Below are positions 57,825 through 64,000 of a DNA stretch of 64,000 bases, one piece after another. The notes beneath the pieces were generated by a model. It was not told the DNA's origin and did not search any database. It saw nothing but the letters and a program-made list of their open reading frames with translations. A program made the translations under genes and the position numbers. This DNA is from an uncultured Bacteroidales bacterium. Lineage in GTDB: Bacteria; Bacteroidota; Bacteroidia; Bacteroidales; P3. The stretch is from the NCBI GenBank assembly GCA_910578275.1, contig CAJTPR010000005.1, forward strand, positions 109,030-173,029, in the 5' to 3' direction. The first letter of the stretch is position 1; the number at the start of each line of letters is the position of its first letter.

Positions 57825-58481
57825 ATGGATAAGAATCAGATTCGTGAGATCATCGCCAGGCGTGTGGCCAAGGAATTGAAGAACGGCGACGTGGTGAACC
57901 TCGGCATCGGCTTGCCCACCATGGTGCCCAACTACCTCGCCCCGGGCGTAAAGGTCGTCTTGCAGTCCGAAAACGGTCTGCTCGGCATGGGGCCTACGCC
58001 CCAGGAAGGCCAGGAAGATCTCGAATACATCAATGCCGGCGGAGGCTTCACCTCGCCGGTGAAAGGCTCTTGCACGTTCAGCAGTGCCACCTCGTTCGGC
58101 ATTATCCGTGGCGGACATGTGGACGCCACCGTGCTGGGCGCCATGCAGGTGGACGAGGAAGGCGACTTGGCCAACTGGATGATTCCCGGAAAGATGACTC
58201 CCGGAATGGGCGGCGCGATGGACTTGCTTACCGGAGCCAAATTGGTGATCCTGGCCATGGAACACACGGCCAAAGGCAAGCCGAAGATTTTGAAAAAGTG
58301 CACGCTTCCCCTCACCGCCAAAGGCCGCGTGAATCTTATCGTCACCGAAATGGGCGTGATGAAAGTTACGCCCGAGGGCATAGAATTGGTTGAAATCAAT
58401 CCCGAATTCAAGCCCGAAGACGTACAAGCCCTCACCGAGGCGAAGTTGATCATTTCCCCCGACCTGAAGCCCATGTCATAA
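57825..58481 (+). CDS. atoA: CoA-transferase subunit B (3-oxoacid/acetoacetate:butyrate CoA-transferase beta)
   Basis: 218 aa MDKNQIREIIARRVAKELKNGDVVNLGIGLPTMV...SENGLLGMGP...MGGAMDL, the canonical family I beta subunit. No alpha-subunit gene is adjacent. Confidence 0.85.
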   Translation: MDKNQIREIIARRVAKELKNGDVVNLGIGLPTMVPNYLAPGVKVVLQSENGLLGMGPTPQEGQEDLEYINAGGGFTSPVKGSCTFSSATSFGIIRGGHVDATVLGAMQVDEEGDLANWMIPGKMTPGMGGAMDLLTGAKLVILAMEHTAKGKPKILKKCTLPLTAKGRVNLIVTEMGVMKVTPEGIELVEINPEFKPEDVQALTEAKLIISPDLKPMS

Positions 58482-58485
58482 GCCC

Positions 58486-59085
58486 ATGGAATATCTTCCC
58501 TTGGTAGAAACATTCTACTCCCTCCAAGGCGAGGGGGCGCATGCCGGCCGGCCCGCATATTTCGTGCGGCTGGCCGGTTGTCGTAATGCCTGCCCGTTTT
58601 GTGATACGCCCCAGTCCTGGCATCCGGCCGGCTTCCCGCTGGCGGGTGTGGAAGAAATCGTGCGTCAGGCGGCGGCAAGCGGTGCGGTCCATTGCGTGGT
58701 GACGGGCGGCGAACCGACCTTGCACGACCTGACGTCCCTCTGCCGTGAACTGGCCAAGGCAGGATTGCAATGCTGGCTGGAAACATCGGGCAGCGAAGCG
58801 CTTTCGGGCGAATGGGACTGGATTTGCCTTTCCCCGAAGAAAGGCATCGCGGTCCATGAGGAATATTATCGTCTGGCCTCCGAACTCAAGGTGGTCATCG
58901 GGCAGGATTCCGACTTTGAATTTGCCGAACGCCAGGCGGCGCAAGTTTCCCCGTCCTGCCTTTGTTACCTGCAGCCTGAATGGGGCGTTTGCAAGGAGGT
59001 CCTTCCCCGTCTTGTCGCGTATGTCAAGTCCCATCCGCGCTGGAACTTGTCGTTGCAGCTCCATAAGCTCATCGGGGTGGAATAG
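58486..59085 (+). CDS. queE: 7-carboxy-7-deazaguanine synthase (radical SAM)
   Basis: ETFYSLQGEGAHAGRPAYFVRLAGCRNACPFCDT with the QueE-type CxxxCxxC-like cluster motif, about 200 aa. Confidence 0.8.
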   Translation: MEYLPLVETFYSLQGEGAHAGRPAYFVRLAGCRNACPFCDTPQSWHPAGFPLAGVEEIVRQAAASGAVHCVVTGGEPTLHDLTSLCRELAKAGLQCWLETSGSEALSGEWDWICLSPKKGIAVHEEYYRLASELKVVIGQDSDFEFAERQAAQVSPSCLCYLQPEWGVCKEVLPRLVAYVKSHPRWNLSLQLHKLIGVE

Positions 59086-59123
59086 GGAAGGATTCCGTCG
59101 ATTCGGAAAAATACACGAGAAAA

Positions 59124-59876
59124 ATGAACAAGATAGCATTGGTTACCGGTGCCACCTCAGGTATCGGCAGGGCCGTGGCCGCGCGTCTGGCCCAAGAAGG
59201 ATACGACTTGATCGTTACCGGTCGTCGTGGTCAAAAACTGGAAGAAACCCGTCAGTCGCTTTCCGGACGGGCGAAGGTGTTGCCGTTGGTGTTCGACGTG
59301 CGCAGTCTCCAAGAAGTGGAGCGGAACCTGGGGAATCTGCCCGACGAATGGAAAAACGTGGACGTGCTGGTGAACAACGCCGGTCTGGCGGCCGGCCTGG
59401 AATCCTTGCAGGAGGGCTCGATAGACGACTGGGAACGCATGATAGACACGAATGTCAAAGGCTTGTTGTATGTGAGCCGTACCCTGTTGCCGGGAATGAT
59501 CGCCCGCAAGAAAGGCCACGTGTTCAACATAGGTTCGATTGCCGGCAAGGAGACTTACATGAACGGCAACGTGTATTGCGCCACCAAGCATGCGGTGGAT
59601 TCGTTGAGCCGTTCCATGCGCATGGAGTGCCTGCCCTATGGCATCAAGGTCACCCAGATTTGTCCGGGGGCGGTGGAAACAGAGTTCTCTACGGTCCGCT
59701 TTCATGGCGATGCTTCGCGTGCCGCACAGGTTTACAAGGGTTTTACACCGCTCAAGGCCGAGGACATCGCCGACTTGGTGGCCTATTGCGTGAACTTGCC
59801 CGCCCACGTATGCCTCAACGACATCGTGGTCATGCCCGCGGCACAGGCCGGTTCACGGGATTTTTACAAGGAATGA
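59124..59876 (+). CDS. SDR-family NAD(P)-dependent oxidoreductase (YdfG-like)
   Basis: ALVTGATSGIGRAVA (TGxxxGxG), NNAG and YCATKHAV (YxxxK). Confidence 0.8.
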   Translation: MNKIALVTGATSGIGRAVAARLAQEGYDLIVTGRRGQKLEETRQSLSGRAKVLPLVFDVRSLQEVERNLGNLPDEWKNVDVLVNNAGLAAGLESLQEGSIDDWERMIDTNVKGLLYVSRTLLPGMIARKKGHVFNIGSIAGKETYMNGNVYCATKHAVDSLSRSMRMECLPYGIKVTQICPGAVETEFSTVRFHGDASRAAQVYKGFTPLKAEDIADLVAYCVNLPAHVCLNDIVVMPAAQAGSRDFYKE

Positions 59877-59939
59877 CCGGAAACCGACATGCAGGGAAAA
59901 TACTCCTTGCGTTGAACGCCGCGCTGACGATTCCGGTCG

Positions 59940-62615
59940 TCAGCGCGGTTTTCTTTTCAGGCAGCGGGCCATTTCGCCTATCCACAAGACCAAGGAAGTG
60001 GCCGCGATGATGATGACCCAGTCGAGGAACTTGAGAGGCCGTACGCTGAAGAACTTCCCTCCGAGGCTCACGATGGCGATCTGCCCGGCAAGGATCAGCA
60101 AGGATATGAGCCCGAAGCCGCCGCATCCTTTCAAATGGAATGCCGAACGGCCGGAAGCGAAAGCCTTCGCGTTGAACATGTTCCAGAATTGCAAGAAGAC
60201 GAAGGTCGTGAAGAACAGCGAGATCTCGTAGTCCGAAAGGTCCGGCTCCTTGCCCCATGGCGCGGAACCGATTTGCGTCAGGCTCGTGATGTCGGCATGT
60301 CCCAAATAGTAGAGCAATGCCAGCAAGGCCGCAAAGAAAATCCCGCCCGTGGCCAGGATACGTTTCCACATTCCGGGGCTTATGATGAAAGCCTGGCGGG
60401 AGCGCGGCTTCTCTTGCATCACCGAGGCCGAGGGCGACAAGGAAGCCAGGGCCATGGCCGCGAACGTGTCCATGATGAGGTTCACCCAAAGCATCTGGGT
60501 CACCGTCAGGGGCGAGCGTGTGCCCATGAACGCGCCGAAGAGCACGATGAGGCAGGCGGCCACGTTCACCGTCATCTGGAAAAGGATGAAACGTTGGATG
60601 TTCCGGTAGAGCGAACGTCCCCACATCACGGCCCGGCCGATGGACGAGAACGAGTTGTCCACGATCGTGATGTCGGAGGCTTCTTTGGCCACCGACGTAC
60701 CGTCACCCATCGAAAGGCCCACGTGGGCGGCCTTGAGCGCGGGCGCGTCGTTGGTGCCGTCGCCGGTAACGGCCACCACCTCGCCGTTGGCCTGCAGGGC
60801 CTGGACGAGGCGTTTCTTGTCCATGGGGCGGGCACGTGCTATGATCTTGAAGTCGCCTACGCGCGCTTTCAGTTCCTGATCGGAAAGCGCGGCGACTTCC
60901 GCTCCGGTGACAAGGTTCTTTTCGTTGTCGGACCCATCGTTCCAAAGCCCCGTTTGACGGCCTATTTCCTTGGCCGTCGCGGGTGTGTCGCCCGTGACTA
61001 TCTTGACTTGGATGCCGGCTTCCAGCACTTCTTTCATGGCACGGGGAACGTCCTCGCGTACCGGGTCGGAGATGGCCACGATACCGAGAAAGACGAGGTC
61101 GCCGGCGGTCACCTTGTCTTGGTCGATGACGTTTTGTCCCTCTTGCACTTCCTGGTAGGCGAAGCCGAGCGTGCGCATGGCCTGGTTCTGGTACCGCAGC
61201 AGCAGCGCGTCGAACTTTTCCTTGTCGGTTCCTTCGGGCCGATGCTTGCAAAGCCCCGATACGATTTCAGGAGCCCCCTTTACGTAGAGGATGGTCTTTC
61301 CATTGGCCGATCTTACAAGGCTGGCCATGTATTTCCGTTCGGTGGTGAAAGGAAGTTCCTTGATTTTCGTGGAGTTTGCGCGCAAGGCCGCGTAGTCGGC
61401 CCCTTGGGTCTTTAACCAGAGCAGGAGCGCTCCTTCGGTGGGATTTCCCAACGCCCTGGGCTGTTCGCCCGACAGGTCGAGCCTCGCGGTGGAATTGGCG
61501 GCGATGCCTTCATATAGCAGGTCCTTGGGAGGATTCCCGTAAAAGTCGGCTTGGCTGACTTGCATCCGGTTCTGCGTGAGCGTGCCCGTCTTGTCGGTAC
61601 AGATGACGGTGGTGGCGCCCATCGTTTCGCAGGCGTGCATCTTGCGCACGAGGTTGTTGGTCCTTAACATGCGGCGCATGCTGTAGGCAAGGCTCAGCGT
61701 GACGGCCATCGGCAAGCCTTCGGGAACGGCCACCACCATGAGCGTGACGGCCACCATCAAGGTTTGCAACAGATAGGTCGCAAAAGGCAGCCAGAAATCC
61801 GTGGAATGCCATTGGGGCGCGTCTGCGGAAACGAAATACAACGCGATACGTCCCGCCACGATGATGCCGGCCAATACATAGCTGATCTTCGAAATGAGCG
61901 AGCCCAGGCCGTCCAGTTGCTTGTTGAGCGGGGTCTTCACACTGTCGTCTATGCGTGCGGCTTCGAAAACCTTGCCGTTTTCGGTAGCGTCGCCCACGGC
62001 GAATACCCGCATGATGCCGTGGCCTTCCATGACCTTCGTGCCGCGCATGGCATGATTGGAGGGAAAGGTGGCTTCGGGATCGGATTGTCCGCGGTCCGTG
62101 GTCTTGGCGCAGAGGGGTTCGCCGGTGAGGGAAGACTCGTCGATGGTGAGCGAGACGGCTTCCAGCAGTTCCCCGTCGGCAGGTACTTCGGCTCCCGTGT
62201 CGAGCAGCACGATGTCGCCCCTTACCACGTCTTTCCTGGCTATCTGGACGGTGTTGCCGTCGCGCACCACTTGCACCAGTTCGTTGTCGTTCACTTGGTT
62301 CAACAGGGCGAATTCCTTGTCCGCCTTCAGTTCAAAGACGAAAGCCAGTCCGGTGGCCAGAAGGATGGCGATGAAGATGCCCGCGGGTTCGAAGAAGACG
62401 CCGGGGCCTTCGTGCAATCCCCAGAATTCATAGCATGATATGCCCACGGAAAGGGCGCCGGCGACGAGCAGGATGATGATGAGCGGGTCGCCGAATTTCT
62501 CGAAGAACCTTTTCCAGAGCGGAACCTTTCGAGGCGGCGTCAGGACGTTGGTGCCGTATTCGAGACGGCTTGCCTCGACTTCGGCTCGGGTAAGGCCGGA
62601 AAGGAATGTTTTCAT
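59940..62615 (-). CDS. Cation-translocating P-type ATPase (Ca2+/PMCA-like, P2 type)
   Basis: 891 aa. TGEP, ICTDKTGTLTQN (phosphorylation site), KGAPE, TGDGTNDAPALK and about 10 TM segments. Confidence 0.85.
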   Translation of the reverse strand: MKTFLSGLTRAEVEASRLEYGTNVLTPPRKVPLWKRFFEKFGDPLIIILLVAGALSVGISCYEFWGLHEGPGVFFEPAGIFIAILLATGLAFVFELKADKEFALLNQVNDNELVQVVRDGNTVQIARKDVVRGDIVLLDTGAEVPADGELLEAVSLTIDESSLTGEPLCAKTTDRGQSDPEATFPSNHAMRGTKVMEGHGIMRVFAVGDATENGKVFEAARIDDSVKTPLNKQLDGLGSLISKISYVLAGIIVAGRIALYFVSADAPQWHSTDFWLPFATYLLQTLMVAVTLMVVAVPEGLPMAVTLSLAYSMRRMLRTNNLVRKMHACETMGATTVICTDKTGTLTQNRMQVSQADFYGNPPKDLLYEGIAANSTARLDLSGEQPRALGNPTEGALLLWLKTQGADYAALRANSTKIKELPFTTERKYMASLVRSANGKTILYVKGAPEIVSGLCKHRPEGTDKEKFDALLLRYQNQAMRTLGFAYQEVQEGQNVIDQDKVTAGDLVFLGIVAISDPVREDVPRAMKEVLEAGIQVKIVTGDTPATAKEIGRQTGLWNDGSDNEKNLVTGAEVAALSDQELKARVGDFKIIARARPMDKKRLVQALQANGEVVAVTGDGTNDAPALKAAHVGLSMGDGTSVAKEASDITIVDNSFSSIGRAVMWGRSLYRNIQRFILFQMTVNVAACLIVLFGAFMGTRSPLTVTQMLWVNLIMDTFAAMALASLSPSASVMQEKPRSRQAFIISPGMWKRILATGGIFFAALLALLYYLGHADITSLTQIGSAPWGKEPDLSDYEISLFFTTFVFLQFWNMFNAKAFASGRSAFHLKGCGGFGLISLLILAGQIAIVSLGGKFFSVRPLKFLDWVIIIAATSLVLWIGEMARCLKRKPR

Positions 62616-62661
62616 TGCGGTCGGTTTTCCGCGAAATTAGATAAAATCATGAGTTTTTTCG

Positions 62662-62669
62662 TACATTTG
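62662..62669 (+). promoter_or_regulatory. -7 promoter box (TACATTTG) for udk
   Basis: Perfect TAnnTTTG, 25 nt before the ATG at 62694. Confidence 0.45.
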
Positions 62670-62693
62670 TGCCTTGAGGTCAAAACGTAGGAC

Positions 62694-63329
62694 ATGCTTG
62701 TTATCGGTATTGCCGGCGGTTCAGGATCGGGCAAGACAACAGTGGTAAGGAAGATAGCTGCCGGATGCAGTTCGCAATCGGTGACGGTCATACCGCAAGA
62801 CGCCTATTACAAGGATCAAGGCGGGCTCACCGCCGAAGAAAAGCAGAAGATAAACTTCGATCATCCCTCATCCATAGAATTTTCGTTGTTGGTAAGGCAT
62901 TTGGACATGCTCCGGCAGGGGAAATCCATTCCCATGCCCGTTTATTCGTATCTTACTTGCGCCAGGGCCAAGGAGACGGTCACCATCAATCCTACCGACG
63001 TGGTGATCGTGGAAGGAATCCTTATCCTTTCCGATCCCGAAATGCGCGCGAGGATGGATATCAAGATTTTCGTGGATACCGACAGCGACGAACGCCTGAT
63101 GCGCATTATCCGTCGCGACACGCATGAGCGCGGACGGAACTATGAGCAGGTGCTTGTCCACTATGAAAAATGGGTCAAGCCCATGCACATGCAGTTCATC
63201 GAGCCGACCAAGCGCTATGCCGACATTATCGTGCCCGAAGGCGGGGCCAATGAAAAAGCAATACAAATAATAACTTCGCACTTGCATCATTACCTCATGA
63301 TGGAAGAAAAAACCAAGAAAAATGGCTAA
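62694..63329 (+). CDS. udk: Uridine kinase
   Basis: MLVIGIAGGSGSGKTTV (P-loop), NFDHPSSIEF, VIVEGILIL, DTDSDERLMRIIRRD. Confidence 0.9.
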   Translation: MLVIGIAGGSGSGKTTVVRKIAAGCSSQSVTVIPQDAYYKDQGGLTAEEKQKINFDHPSSIEFSLLVRHLDMLRQGKSIPMPVYSYLTCARAKETVTINPTDVVIVEGILILSDPEMRARMDIKIFVDTDSDERLMRIIRRDTHERGRNYEQVLVHYEKWVKPMHMQFIEPTKRYADIIVPEGGANEKAIQIITSHLHHYLMMEEKTKKNG

Positions 63330-64000
63330 AACCCAGAAAGCTGCGGTCAAACCGGCTGCCAAGCCCGCCGCAAAGAAGACTGCCGCCAAGCCGGCCGTCA
63401 AGAAATCCGTTGCAGCCAAACCGGCTGCCAAGAAGGCTGCTGCCAAACCGGCCGCCAAGAAAACGACGGCCAAGCCCGCTGTCCGGAAGGTGGCTGAAAC
63501 GAAGGCCAAGGCTGCCGCCAAGACGGCGGCCAGGAAGATCACGGTGGCTACGGTCAAGAAAGTCGTGGCCGGTTCGGCCGCCATGGCGATCGTGGCAGGG
63601 AAAAAGCTCGAAAAGGATTTGAAAGCCGAAGCCATGAAGACGGTGAAGAAAGCCGTGAGCACGGGCAAGAAGGCCGAGAAGACGTTGAAGGCCGAAGCCG
63701 GCAAGACGGTGAAGAAAGCCGTGCGTGCGGGCAAGAAGGCCGAGAAGACGTTGAAGGCCGAAGCCGGCAAGACGGTGAAGAAAGCCGTGCGTGCGGGCAA
63801 GAAGGCCGAGAAGACGTTGAAGACCGAAGCCAGGAAAACGGTGAAGAAAGCCGTGAGTACGGGTAAGAAAGTCGAAAAGACGTTGAAGGCCGAAGCCAGG
63901 AAAACGGTGAAGAAAGCCGTGAGCGCGGGCAAGAAAGCGGAAAAGACCCTCGCCCCGAAAGTGGCCAAGGTGGTGAAAAAGGCAAAAAAGACGGTTGCCG
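63322..64000 (+). CDS. Histone H1-like Lys/Ala-rich repetitive protein; 3' end lies beyond the window
   Basis: Not in the ORF track because it has no stop in the window. My translation from the ATG at 63322 gives MAKTQKAAVKPAAKPAAKKTAAKPAVKK..., followed by 22-aa KTVKKAV..GKKAEKTLKAEAG repeats, and is open to base 64000. It overlaps the udk stop by 8 nt. Confidence 0.7.
   Translation, partial: MAKTQKAAVKPAAKPAAKKTAAKPAVKKSVAAKPAAKKAAAKPAAKKTTAKPAVRKVAETKAKAAAKTAARKITVATVKKVVAGSAAMAIVAGKKLEKDLKAEAMKTVKKAVSTGKKAEKTLKAEAGKTVKKAVRAGKKAEKTLKAEAGKTVKKAVRAGKKAEKTLKTEARKTVKKAVSTGKKVEKTLKAEARKTVKKAVSAGKKAEKTLAPKVAKVVKKAKKTVA
63604..63966 (+). repeat. In-frame 66-bp (22-codon) tandem repeats, about 5.5 copies, within the histone-like gene
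   Basis: Full units start at 63637, 63703, 63769, 63835 and 63901. Units 2 and 3 are nearly identical at the DNA level. Confidence 0.85.

Noticed and set aside
62868-63968. A 366-aa minus-strand ORF with FLPA/TAFFTV repeats.
   Set aside because: It is antisense to the histone-like repeat gene, and its periodicity simply mirrors the 66-bp coding repeats. The plus-strand product has a recognisable KAAKKPA-type histone-like composition and a start coupled to udk.

Overview
This is a high-GC Bacteroidota chromosomal segment of Bacteroidales type. An Alistipes/Rikenellaceae-like origin is my inference from gene content, TAnnTTTG -7 boxes and T9SS C-terminal sorting domains. Most of the window is housekeeping: lepA, glgB, lnt, sdhCAB (fumarate reductase/succinate dehydrogenase), pheT, mrdA-rodA, lolD-like, thrS-infC-rpmI-rplT, rplS, queE, udk and a P-type ATPase. 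There are five pieces of accessory or unusual content. (1) A cobalamin-riboswitch-headed TonB-receptor operon at 16.5-24.3 kb. Its leader carries four near-identical 78-bp tandem repeats, and two of its accessory proteins end in T9SS sorting domains. (2) T9SS-linked genes: a C25 peptidase cargo, PorP/SprF and a GldJ-like lipoprotein. (3) The B12-dependent lysine 5,6-aminomutase genes kamDE, preceded by a MutS-family ATPase. (4) An AT-rich island of about 8 kb (about 49.8-57.7 kb) wedged between kamE and an orphan CoA-transferase beta gene. It carries a single-chain R-M-S restriction enzyme, an abutting Rx4H (HEPN-like) gene, a DUF2971 gene, a frameshifted RhuM gene, an hsdS fragment, a decayed tyrosine integrase and a nested hairpin of about 165 nt. 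(5) A small hairpin-containing repeat family, present as the tandem array, as a degenerate copy upstream of the riboswitch, and as a single copy after rplT. The many long antisense ORFs in the track are GC-driven shadows of the real genes. All product calls come from reading the translations, since no database search was possible.
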